Shown in pieces: positions 45,300 to 56,800 of a stretch of DNA of 64,000 nt. The stretch covers positions 11,800 through 75,799 of the forward strand of contig CAIOTC010000018.1 of NCBI GenBank assembly GCA_903861205.1, given 5' to 3'. Numbering within the stretch: the stretch's first letter is position 1; every line of letters begins with the position of its first letter. The notes beneath the pieces are model-generated. The model was not told where the DNA came from and did not search any database. It worked only from the letters and a program-made list of their open reading frames with translations. Made by a program: the position numbers and the translations under genes. The stretch comes from an uncultured bacterium. Its GTDB lineage: Bacteria > Patescibacteriota > Minisyncoccia > Phycocordibacterales > DATDWN01.

Positions 45300-46871
45300 A
45301 TGAGTGACTACAAAACAACTATCGGTTTGGAAATACACGCCGAGTTGAAGACCAAAACCAAAATGTTTTGCGGGTGTTTGAATGTGCCGGATGACAAAAA
45401 TCCGAACATTTATGTTTGTCCGATTTGCATGGGGCATCCGGGAACTTTGCCTGTTATAAACAAAGAGGCTGTAAAAAAAGTTTTGCTTGTCGGCGCGGCC
45501 ATTGGCTCGCAACTGGCGGACTTTACCGAGTTTGATCGCAAGAATTATTTTTATCCTGATATTCCAAAAGGATATCAAATCACTCAATACAAATATCCTC
45601 TGGTTTCCGGCGGAACTCTGGCGGGCGTGCAATTGACTCGCATTCATTTGGAGGAGGACACGGCGAGATCCCTCCACAGTAGTGGAGGAAATTTCCAATT
45701 TCCAATTTCCAATTTCCAATCAAATCCCAATGAATCAATTCTCAATAAAAATTCAAAAAACGAAAATTATAGTCTGGTTGATTTCAATCGCGCCGGTGTG
45801 CCACTCATGGAACTAGTGACCGAGCCCGTAATGCACTCAGCTGGCGAGGTCATGAAATTTGCGCGTGAGCTCCAACTTCTTTTGAATTATTTAGATGTCT
45901 CTGACGCAAACATGGAGAAGGGGGAAATGCGTGTCGAAGTGAATATTTCGGTGGCGAAGGATTTTTCCACACCAGGGTGTAACGTTGCTGCGCCGTTGAC
46001 ACCAGGTGAGAAAAAATCCTCAACACCGAGTGAGCTCAAACTAGGGACGAAAGTGGAGGTGAAAAATATAAATTCATTTCGCGCGGCGGGCAAAGCGGTG
46101 GAGTATGAATACGAGAGGCAAACAGCTCTCCTTGAGAGGGGAGAGAAAGTGGTTCAGGAAACTCGCGGGTGGGATGAGAATAAAGGTGTGACATTTTCCC
46201 AGAGGTCAAAAGAGAACGCGCACGATTACAGATATTTTCCCGATCCTGATTTGCCGAAACTTTTGATTAGTGAAATACCGGAATTATCTCTGGAAAATTT
46301 GAAAAAAAGTTTGCCGGAATTGCCGTGGGAAAAGAGAGAAAGATATGCGAAGGATTTTGGATTGAAAGGGGAGGATATAGAGACTTATGTGAATAATCCT
46401 GATGTGGCAAAGTTCTTTGAATTAGTCGCTGACAAACTTATAAAATGGGGTAGGGATGTTGTGCAAATGGCAAGCAACTATATTTCTTCGGATTTATTGG
46501 GATTAGCAAAGAATTTACTTACAGATAAATTCGGAAAGGTGACGCCGGAGGGTTTTTCGGGAATGATTGTTATGATAAAAAACGGAGATATTTCTTCGCG
46601 CGGAGCTAAAGATATTTTGAAAGTTATGTTCGAAAATGGGGGAAGTCCGGAAGAGATTGCCAAAGAAAAAGGATTGATCCAAAAAAATGACAGTGATGAA
46701 TTGAAAACAATTATGCAAAAAATAATTTCTGACAATCCGAAAGTGGTGGAGGATTTCAAATCTGGAAAAGAATCAGTCCTGCAGTTCTTTGTGGGGCAGG
46801 GAATGAAGGCGACAAAAGGAGCGGGCAATCCGGAAGTGTTGAAATCAATTGTTTTAGAATTACTAAAATAA
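45300..46871 (+). CDS. gatB: Asp/Glu-tRNA(Asn/Gln) amidotransferase subunit B, carrying two in-frame repeat-element insertions
   Basis: MSDYKTTIGLEIHAELKTKTKMFCGC…YFYPDIPKGYQITQ is the canonical GatB N-terminus. At 523 aa it is about 45 aa longer than typical GatB. The extra segments map to repeat elements at 45688-45750 and 45968-46010. Confidence 0.85.
   Translation: MSDYKTTIGLEIHAELKTKTKMFCGCLNVPDDKNPNIYVCPICMGHPGTLPVINKEAVKKVLLVGAAIGSQLADFTEFDRKNYFYPDIPKGYQITQYKYPLVSGGTLAGVQLTRIHLEEDTARSLHSSGGNFQFPISNFQSNPNESILNKNSKNENYSLVDFNRAGVPLMELVTEPVMHSAGEVMKFARELQLLLNYLDVSDANMEKGEMRVEVNISVAKDFSTPGCNVAAPLTPGEKKSSTPSELKLGTKVEVKNINSFRAAGKAVEYEYERQTALLERGEKVVQETRGWDENKGVTFSQRSKENAHDYRYFPDPDLPKLLISEIPELSLENLKKSLPELPWEKRERYAKDFGLKGEDIETYVNNPDVAKFFELVADKLIKWGRDVVQMASNYISSDLLGLAKNLLTDKFGKVTPEGFSGMIVMIKNGDISSRGAKDILKVMFENGGSPEEIAKEKGLIQKNDSDELKTIMQKIISDNPKVVEDFKSGKESVLQFFVGQGMKATKGAGNPEVLKSIVLELLK
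45688..45750. repeat. 'ttccaatttccaat' element (same family as 35271-35360 and 35648-35760) inserted in frame in gatB
   Basis: The sequence ggaaatttccaatttccaatttccaatttccaatcaaatcccaatgaatcaattctcaat is translated as GNFQFPISNFQSNPNESILN. Confidence 0.6.
45968..46010. repeat. Palindromic element family P3 (cacaccNggtgt-aacgttgc-gcgccgttgacaccaggtgag) in frame in gatB
   Basis: The sequence ccacaccagggtgtaacgttgctgcgccgttgacaccaggtgag is translated as STPGCNVAAPLTPGE. A nearly identical copy, including 8 flanking nt, lies at 48968-49010 in the giant ORF. Confidence 0.65.
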
Positions 46872-46922
46872 TTGATTTGAGAATAAAGATTCAAGAGACA
46901 AGATTCAAGAATAAAACAAATC

Positions 46923-46948
46923 AAAACACCGCCAAGGCGGTGTTTTGA
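46923..46948. terminator. Bidirectional rho-independent terminator (caaaacaccgcc-aa-ggcggtgttttg)
   Basis: It is a perfect 12-bp stem flanked by A/T runs and lies between convergent gatB and the HTH gene. Confidence 0.6.
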
Positions 46949-46981
46949 TTATTCCTGAATCATACATCTTGAATCATGATT

Positions 46982-47224
46982 CTACTCCTCGATGTGTCTG
47001 ATGATTAACTTCTTTATCTGACCTTTGGTGCTTTTGCGCAAACCGGCGTTTGTCTCAATTTCGTGGATAACCTTCTCCAGATCTCCGACGCTATAAACCC
47101 TGTAGTTATTCATTGGGTGACGATGAGCTTTGAGCTTACCGTTCTTGTCCCAGTTGCGTAGGGTGAGCGGCGACACTCCTAAAATCTTCGACGCTTGTTT
47201 TATGGTTATGTATAAGTTAGCCAT
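46982..47224 (-). CDS. Small helix-turn-helix DNA-binding protein (MerR/excisionase HTH_17-like)
   Basis: ITIKQASKILGVSPLTLRNWDKNGKLKAHRH…YRVYSVGDL reads as a MerR-type HTH. It is similar to the N-terminal 60 aa of the giant ORF. Confidence 0.55.
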   Translation of the reverse strand: MANLYITIKQASKILGVSPLTLRNWDKNGKLKAHRHPMNNYRVYSVGDLEKVIHEIETNAGLRKSTKGQIKKLIIRHIEE

Positions 47225-47569
47225 ATTTTTAGTTTATTACATTAATAATGATTACTAAAGCTATATAAATAATGATACTAACAATGGTAATGTATATCAA
47301 GCTATGGATAATAAAAACTGTGGATAAGTGGTAAAAGAAGGGGGATACAAAATAATTTAAAATTTAGAATTTAAAATTTAAAATGAATTTTAAATTATTT
47401 AATTTGAAAATTATAAATTCAATAAAAATTAAAAATTTTAAATTGAAAATTTCACCATTTTGACCTCGTATAATCGCTTTAAACGAGACTTTTTTGTAAA
47501 AGTGATCTAATGGCTGTGTGAATGGGTGAAAAGTTGATGGGGACTTGACAGGAATTTGAAGAATTTTTA

Positions 47570-47612
47570 GACACTCGGTGATCACGTTGCTACGCCGTGG
47601 ACACCGAGTGTC
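47570..47612. repeat. Palindromic element family P3, intergenic copy
   Basis: gacactcggtgatcacgttgctacgccgtggacaccgagtgtc. Confidence 0.55.
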
Positions 47613-47686
47613 TTACATGCGAGTGCAAGTTTAGCCAGACTAATCTTAGCTTATTTTCCAAAATCTCGGATTGAAGAAAAAACTTT

Positions 47687-47735
47687 CCGAGGACTGACCT
47701 CCGGTGCCCAATTTTTTGAGGTCAGACCTCCGAAA
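47687..47735. repeat. Palindromic element family P5 (ccgaggactgacctcc…gaggtcagacctcc), intergenic copy
   Basis: ccgaggactgacctccggtgcccaattttttgaggtcagacctccg. A second copy lies at 48125-48175 in frame in the giant ORF, where it is translated as PRTDLQCPISRGQTSG. Confidence 0.55.
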
Positions 47736-47858
47736 TTTTTTGTGAAAAATGATCCGAGAATTTGAGAAAGTCCAAAATCTCTGATTGCCGAGAAAGCCTT
47801 ATTTATCCACAGTTTTTTGCTGTAATTACACTCTGCGAACATATATAATATAGAGGTA

Positions 47859-50800
47859 ATGAGTTCCGATTTATTCTTTCAAAATAAAAAATATATTTCC
47901 GCTAAAGAAGCGGCGGAACTAACTTCGTATTCCAGAGATTACATCGGACAACTTTGCCGCGATAAAAAAATTGATTCGAAAAGAATCGGACACACTTGGT
48001 ACGTTTGCGAGGAATCAATTTTAAATTATAAAAACACTCCTACTGATTTTGATTTTGCGAAGAATTTTAAAGGTGCGCTCACACCGGGTGTTGGGGATCA
48101 AACACCCGGTGAGAGCTCCACAAATTTGTTCCCGAGGACTGACCTCCAATGCCCAATTTCCCGAGGTCAGACCTCCGGAACAAAATTTGTCAAATCGACA
48201 CACAAAATTCTTTTTGCAAAGAATTTTCACTTCTCGAAAGTTTTTGCTTCTGTTGCGGCAATTGTCATTTTCTTCCTTGGGACGATTTCATTGGCGCAAG
48301 GTTTTGCGAATCTTGTTCCGATGACTTCAAAATTTGCCGGCGATGTTTCGAAAATTTCTCTTTCACAAATTGCAAAGTCCGCGCAAAATATTTCAGATGA
48401 AATTTCCGCAGCGCCGGAAAATTCTTACAACGCGCTAAAAGATATTGCAGTTTTTTATTCATCGGAGTTTACCGATGGTCTGATCAATTTTGGAAATAAA
48501 ATTCAAAACGCCACTTTTGCATTTTTGAATCAAACGAAAAAATTGGCCAAAAATCCCCCGCTTTACATCGTCCAATCTTTGACCGGGCTAGCCGGTGGCG
48601 AAACAAAAATTGTCGACAGTGGAATTTCCATTTCCGGCAACGCCATCGCCACGGCGCACGAAAAAACTTTTGCTTTTATTTCCGACTCGATTGGCGGTTT
48701 ACCTTTTGTTGCGAACTACACCACCTCGACAACAAAAAATATGACTTCGTCGGTGGCGATGGCGGTGCAAGAAAAAGCATTGACGCCGGTTGATCATGCC
48801 GGCATTTCGATTTATGACTCGGTCAACAATTTCTTCCGAACGAATTTGTATTCTCCGCTCCTAGCATTTCTCGGTAAAAGTCCGAACATTGTGGTGCCGG
48901 AGAAAAAGTCGGCAGGACCGATGATTGCGAAAAATCAGGGTGTGCTCACACCAAAGTCAGATTTGTCCACACCTGGTGATAACGTTGCTTCGCCGTTGAC
49001 ACCAGGTGAGTACAAATCTGCGGGCATAACCAGCGCGGAGCTTGATTTGCGTTTACAGGAACTCGACAACAAAATCGCGGCCAAGTTTGCCCAACTTTCG
49101 ACTGGCAACGGCGGAAGCGTGCAAAATATTTACAACATGATTGCTCAGAGCCAAGTCGGCGCGGGCGTCTCGAACGGCGGATCGGCCAGCTCGGCAACGG
49201 TAGCCAACGGACTTGTGGCCGGCACGGACATCAGCGTCAACTCCATCACGGTTACCGGCTCGGCCACATCGACATTCGCCGGCGGAATTGCGATTAGCGG
49301 CGGCTGTATTTCGGTGAACGGCGTTTGCCTCGGTTCCGGTTCCGGCAACACAACTGGCGGTTTGGCCGGACAATTTCCGTATTACCAAAATGACGGTTCG
49401 ACACTTTATGCAACTTCATCAATCTTTATCACCCCGAACGGAAATGTCGGCATTGGCACGACGACGCCCGCCAAAAAATTCTCGGTTGACGGCGATGTCA
49501 TTGTTAGCGGAAATATTTTCACCACGCTTTTCAATGCCATCAGCTTGAGCGCGACGAATGCCACGACATCAAACTTCGCCATTACCAACATCAAATCATC
49601 TCTCCTCAAAACAAACGCCGACGGCACGGTTGTCGCCGCGATTGCCGGCACCGACTACGAATCCAGCACAACGGTCAATTCGCTGATCAACGCTTCGACC
49701 ACCATCGCCAAACTTTACACCAACAACAATTTCACCGGACTGCAAACATTCAACTACTCATCCTCCACCATTTACTCATCGTTTGTCACCGCCTCGACCA
49801 CCAATCTTTTGGCCGGTACCATCTCACTCAACGGCACAGATTTGCAAACGACACTCAACGGCAAGCAATCCACCATCTCCGCTAACTGGCCGTTCACACT
49901 CACCGGCAGCACACTTGGTTGGAATGGTCTTTCCACTTCATCGGCCGCCACCATCGGCAACATTCCGTACTTCACCTCCGCAAACACATTCGGCAATGTT
50001 GGAACCACCACACCGACATTTAACCTCGGTCTGACAGCCGGAGGAACATGGTCTGTTCTCGGTTCCGCGCCGACACTTACCATCGCTACATCTTCTCTCT
50101 ACACCGGTACCACCGGACAATTCCCGTACTTCAGTGGGACAAACACCATCACTGCCACTTCGTCACTCTTCCTCGCGACGAGTGGGAATGTGGGCATTGG
50201 AACGGCGATTCCGGGCGTGAAATTGCAAGTTGTAGGACAATCAGGAACTGGAAACATAGGAGTGATAAATATCACCGGTTATGACTCGTTCGGTCAAAGT
50301 TTGGTTATGCAACTGCCAAGTACCGGATATACCGGTAATCTGATTGCATTGATGAAAGCCGCCGGTGGCTCAGGCCAGGCCATGGGTTTTTCAACTCATT
50401 TTACTTCCGACGCGGTTGACAGGTTTTCCATAATGAATCATCTTGGCGTTGAAAATCTTTCTGTTTTAGACAGCGGCAACGTTGGCATTGGCAGTACTTC
50501 TCCAACATACAAACTATCGGTCGAAGGAACATCATCTCTAGGCAATCAAGCCATCGCCGGATATTTCACCGCCACCTCGACCATGGCCACTTCCACATTC
50601 GCCGGCGGTCTCGACATCACCAAAGGTTTGCAACTGAACAGCGGCTACATTTTCGGCGCGGGACTTTCCTCTTGCAACGGCACTACGGCCAAACTTTTAT
50701 GGAACGCGACCACCGGCCAATTCGAGTGCGGCACTGATGCCGGCTCGTCCGGTCTCGGCATCTCATCGATCAACGGTCTGGCTGTCGGTGTGCAAAAATT

Positions 50801-53800
50801 AGCCACATCGTCCACTAACGGCGGCTGGGGATTTTTGTCATCGGTTGACACGCACACGCTCAACATTCCGACGGCCTCGGCGACAAATCCGCTCGGTTTA
50901 CTTTCGTCATCGGACTGGACAACGTTCAACAACAAGGACAGTTTCGCTTTTCCATTCATCGCCCAATCGTACGGAATGTCCACCACGTCAACTCTCGGTT
51001 TGCTCGGCGGATTTTTCACACCGGCTTCGGCCTCATCCACCATCGCCGGCACGTTCAACTTGCCGTCACTTTCAAACGGCGCGCTGGCCGTCTACAACGG
51101 ACTGGTCGGAAGCTATGCCACCACCACGGCCGGATCTTCTCTGACATATTCCGGCAATGCGTTTAATCTGAACATGGCCAACGCCAACTCGTGGACGGCC
51201 AACCAAACATTTGCATTCTCGTCGACCACGTATGCATCGCTGACCACCGCGTCGACAACCAATCTCACCATCGGCGGAAACACTTTCAACACACTTGTCG
51301 GCGCAGGACTGATCAACAACTCCGGCGCGCTTGGTCTGACCAACACTTCGCTTACAGTCAACGCCGGCACCGGACTTTCCGGCGGTGGCACAGTCGCTTT
51401 AGGCGGAACAATCACACTTTCAAATCAGCTGGCCACCTCGTCCGGCGAATCAGCGGGCAACTTGGCATACTGGACCACGACCAACGGAGTGCCGGCCAAA
51501 CTCGGCTCGGTGGCCACCACCACCCTGACTGCTTCCGGCGCGCTGTCACTCGACCACGCCATTTCCGTGCTTGGCTCGACACCATCGATCCTGACATGCG
51601 CCACCGCCAACTCCTCGACGTTCGGATGTTTAGCCGCCGCTGACTTCTCCAAATTTAATTCCGCCACCACTACTTTTGGCGGAGGATTGTCATATTCAAA
51701 CGCATCAAATCAAGCGACACTGAACATGGCCAATGCAAACACTTGGACAGCGTTGCAATCATTCAACTACTCATCGTCAACGATTTACTCATCATTCGTC
51801 ACAGCATCGACCACAAATCTTTTGGCCGGAACAATTTCACTGGGCGGCGCCGATTTGCAGACGACACTGAATTCGAAACTTGGCACATCCCTCGCCAAAG
51901 GAAAATTCCTCGTAGGCGATGATAATGGCGTGGCGCAGGCGACATCGACAATTTTCATTTCTTCGACAGGCAACGTGGGGATTGGGACAGCAGTACCGGG
52001 AGCGTTAGTTCACATATTGTCTTCTGCAACAAAAAATGTAAATGGCCAAGAAGTTTTGAGACTTTCAGGTACAGCTGCAGCTGACACTATTGGAAGCGGG
52101 CCCAAAATATTATTTACTCATTCCGACAACACAGTAACCGCATCGATTCGCTCTTATACTTTTGGGGCTAGTGATACTGGTCTGGCATTTAGCACTGGTT
52201 ATGGAGCTTTGACAGATAAGATGTTTATTAATAACGCGGGCTCCGTCGGCATCGGCTCGACATCTCCGACGTACAAACTCTCCGTCGAAGGAACATCATC
52301 TCTCGGCAATCAAGCCATCGCCGGATATTTCACTGCCACTTCTACCATGGCTACTTCGACATTCGCCGGCGGACTCGATATCACCAAAGGTTTGCAACTG
52401 AACTCCGGTTACATTTTTGGCGCGGGATTGGGAACATGCTCGTCTGTTACCGGAAAAATAACTTGGAATTCAGCAACCGGACAATTTGGTTGCGGGACTG
52501 ACGCGGGTTCGTCCGGTGTTGGCATCACCTCTCTCGGCGCGCAATATTCCATCGCTCAAACCAACGCTATCCAAACTCTGGCTACCTCGACATCGCTCGA
52601 CGCCAATCTCCGACTGACCATCACCTCGGCCGGCGACACGCACACATTCACACCGTCCTGGTTTGGCACGCTCGACGACAGTCGCATCACTTCGGCCGCC
52701 AATTGGAACACCGCGTACTCGAGCAGAATCACCTCCGCCTCACTGCCGCTTTCATTCTCCGGCAACGTTCTCTCAATCTCGCAAGCCAACGGCACGACCA
52801 ACGGCTACTTGTCCGCTGCTGACTTCTCCAAATTTAATTCTGCGACAACAACATTCGGCGGAGGATTGACATACACCGCGGGCACAAACCAAGCTACGCT
52901 GAATCTTGGAAATGCCAACACCTGGACTGCACTGCAATCTTTCAACTACTCCTCATCAACCATTTACTCGTCATTTGTCACAGCTTCGACCACCAATCTT
53001 TTGGCCGGCACCATTTCACTGGGCGGCACCGATTTGCAAACAACACTCAATGGCAAACAATCCACTATCTCTGCATCATGGCCGATTACACTAAACGGTG
53101 CGACAGTTGGCTTCAACGGACTCTCCACTTCCTCTGCAGCTGTCACCGGCAACATTCCATACTTCACCGGAGCGAACACATTCGGCAATGTGGCTACCAC
53201 TACACCAACATTCAATCTCGGACTGACAGCTGGAGGAACATGGTCTGTTCTAGGCTCCGCACCGACACTTTCCATCGCCACTTCTTCTCTCTACACCGGT
53301 ACTGCTGGACAATTCCCATATTTTAGTGACACCAACACCATCACCGCCACTTCATCGCTCTTCTTAGCGACGAGTGGGAATGTAGGCATCGGGACGGCAT
53401 CTCCTGTAACTCCTCTAGATATCTACAGAAACGGCAGTTACTACAATTATTTAAATCTCAGAAACGGGCAAATGAGTAATAACGTCGGCTTGCCTTCCGT
53501 AGACACTGTGTTCAGCGTTAGCCAAGAAACTCCAACATATGGGAAAGCGATAGTCACCGGAGTTTATTCAAATGGAGACAGCTACGCATTAAAATTGAAG
53601 GGAGTTAGCGGAGCAACCAGTTTGACCGCGGCCCCTCTTGTTTTGACCGGCGCAAAAAGAAATAGCAGCAGTCAAGTTAACGTTGCTGATACAGAACAGT
53701 TGTTGCAAGTACAAAAAAATGATGGCACTGCTTTGATGACTATGTTGGGTGGTGGAAATTTGGGCATTGGCACCACCTCGCCATCGTACAAATTGGATGT

Positions 53801-56800
53801 GATGGGTGGTATTGCTTCGTACGGTTCTTCGTTCTTTGGCGGAGCCATCACCGCCACATCGACACTGAACGTCAGCGGACTTGCGACATTCGCGTATTCC
53901 ACCACCACCTACGGATCTTTCACCACCGCTTCAACAACAAATTTTGTTTTGAACGGACAAACATTCAACAATCTTGTTGGTTCCGGTCTGTCGCTAAACA
54001 ACGGCGTGCTTTCCGCGACGGGTGGAGCCGGCAATGTTTCTACCTCATCAGGTGAGGTAATGGGACAACTTTCATACTGGACTACCACTAATGGCACCCC
54101 GGCAAAATTGGGAAGCGTCGCCACCACCACCTTGACCGCTTCCGGCGCGCTCTCACTCGATCACGCCATTTCCGTTCTCGGCGGAACTCCGGCGATCCTC
54201 ACATGCACCACGGCCAACGCCACCACTTTCGGTTGTTTGGCCGCCGCTGACTTCTCCCGCTTCAATTCCGCCACGACGACATTCAGCGGAGGACTATCCT
54301 ACACAGCCGGCACAAATCAAGCATCGCTTAACATGGCAAATGCAAATACATGGACAGTCAACCAATCTTTCAATTATTCCTCATCAACCATTTACTCGTC
54401 ATTTGTCACCGCCAGCACCACCAATCTTTTGGCTGGCACAATCTCACTCAATGGCACGGATTTGCAAACAACATTGAACTCAAAACTCGGAACGACACTG
54501 GCCAAAGGAAAATTCATTGTCGGTGATGACAACGGTGTGGCGCAGGCGACATCGACACTATATATATCATCCCTCGGCCAAATCGGCATCGGCGATACCT
54601 CGCCGTCCGCTTTACTTTCCGTTGGCACCACTACCAGCACCAACGCCGTTGGCGGAATGTATTTTGGCAAGGACACCACGGCGAATTTGTACAGGAGTGG
54701 AGCGGGATGGTTGAAGACTGATGGAAATTTGGAAGTGGCCGGCGGAACAGGTTTGAAAATCAGCAGTGGAGCTTTAAATATGAATGGTGGCGCAATTAGT
54801 AGTATCAGACAATTAGTTGGAGCTACAACTGATGATGGAACAGGTGTAATTAATTTCTCTAATGCAAATCTTACATCCGCTCAATATATTAACCTTACCC
54901 AAAATACTTCCGCTTTTACCGGCGACGGTTTGAAGTTTAATTTCGCTGCAGGCTCCGGTTCCTTCACCGGCAACTTTGCTGAGTTCCAAAATAACAGCGT
55001 AACAAAGTTTGTTGTCAAATCAGATGGTTCAACCGGCATCGGCTCATCCACTCCCGGTTCGCTCCTCTCCATTGGTGGCAATGGCACAGGTTGGAATTTC
55101 TTTGACAACGGCACGACGACCAGCTACGCAAAAGGAATTGATCTGAAAAACGGCGGTTGCTTCGCTGTCAACGGCACGTGCTTGTCGAGTGGCGGATTGT
55201 CGGCGGCCATCACTTCGCTCAACGGACTAACCGGCGCGATCCAAACATTCGCCACCACATCGATCGCCGGCGGTTGGGGCTGGAGCTCGGTTGGCACCAC
55301 ACACACACTCAACATTCCGACGGCTTCGGCCACCAACCCACTCGGCCTGCTTTCCGGCGCGGACTTCACCACCTTCTCCAACAAGCTCGGCAACACGCTG
55401 GCCAAAGGTAATTTCTTTGTCGGCTCGGATGGCAATGTGGCGCAAGCGACAAGTTCCATTTTCATTTCATCGACCGGCTCGATCGGCATCGGCACGCAAA
55501 ATCCATCATCGCTTCTGTCGATCCTCGGCACCACCGGCGGACCGTCACTTTTCAACGTCGCCTCCACATCGGGCAATTCCATTTTCAGCATTCTCAATAA
55601 CGGCTCGATCGGCATCGGCACATCATCACCGCTCGCCACGCTGGACATTCAAAATAATCCGACCAGTTTCCAAAATTTGCTGAACTTCTCAAACTCCTCC
55701 GGCACATCGCTCATGAATGTCGGCTGGTACGGCGACTTGACCCAAAATATTTCCTCGACCTCGGCGGTCAATATCCAGGACGGCGCGGGCAACTCGGTCT
55801 TCTCGATCGACACCACGCAGTCGTCGTCCAACGCCGGTCTCGACATCACCGCGGGTGGCGCGCAGTCGGGTAATTTGCTGAACGTCTACTCGTCCGGCGG
55901 CGACTTGCTCTCCGGCATCACCTCCGAGGGCGGCTGGTTCTCCAACATCGGCTCGACCAACGCGCTGTCCCTGCAAAACGGCAGTGGCTTGCCGGCCTTC
56001 ACATTTGACACCATCGGCAACCAGCTGACCGTCGGCTCGTCGACCGTGCCGACCACTTCGCTTCTCAATGTCATTGCCGTCGACCAATCGACTGATTTGT
56101 TTGACATCGCGTCAACCTCAGGCACGACATCATATTTGCACGTGACCAACACCGGCCAAACCGGCATTGGTACCAGCACCATAAACGGCACATCGCTTGC
56201 TTCCACTTTGACCGTGGCCGGTGACGCCAACTTCCCGACATATCCGCTTTTGACCATCGCCTCGTCCACCGGCACAAATCTGTTGACACTGGGTGTCAAC
56301 GGATATCTGGGACTTGGCTCGACCACTCCGGGCTCGCTGTTGTCGGTGGGTGGCGATGCAGTGGGCATCAACTTCTCGCTCGCGACAACGACGTACTCGA
56401 CCACCGGTGGAATTAACCTAACCAAAGGTGGTTGCTTTGCGGTCAACGGCACATGCCTATCTGGTGGAGGAATTTCCGGATTGACCGGTTCAACATTGGC
56501 TAAAGGCAGTTTCCTCGTTGGCGGCGACAACAATCAATCGCAGGCGACATCGACACTATATATATCATCCCTCGGACAAATCGGCATCGGATCAACCACT
56601 CCATGGGGTCTCCTCTCCGTCAACGCCAACGCTCTCACCTCCGACACACCGCAATTCGTTGTCGGCTCATCGACCGCCACCAACTTCATCGTGGCGAATA
56701 ATGGCAACGTCGGCATCGGGACAACGAGTCCACAGGCAACCTTGAATGTTTGGGGAACTTCCGGAACAAATCCGTTTTTGGTTTCTTCATCAACGGGAAG

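Noticed and set aside
47651-47842. 63-aa minus-strand ORF in the spacer upstream of the giant gene
   Set aside because: It is composed almost entirely of the P5 palindromic element and low-complexity 'aaattt' sequence, and it has no start context.
47859-48030. The possibility that the N-terminal HTH of the giant ORF is a separate small gene
   Set aside because: I could not reject it fully. There is no stop codon between the HTH and the TM/repeat region in this frame, so it is kept as one ORF and flagged as needing experimental start mapping.
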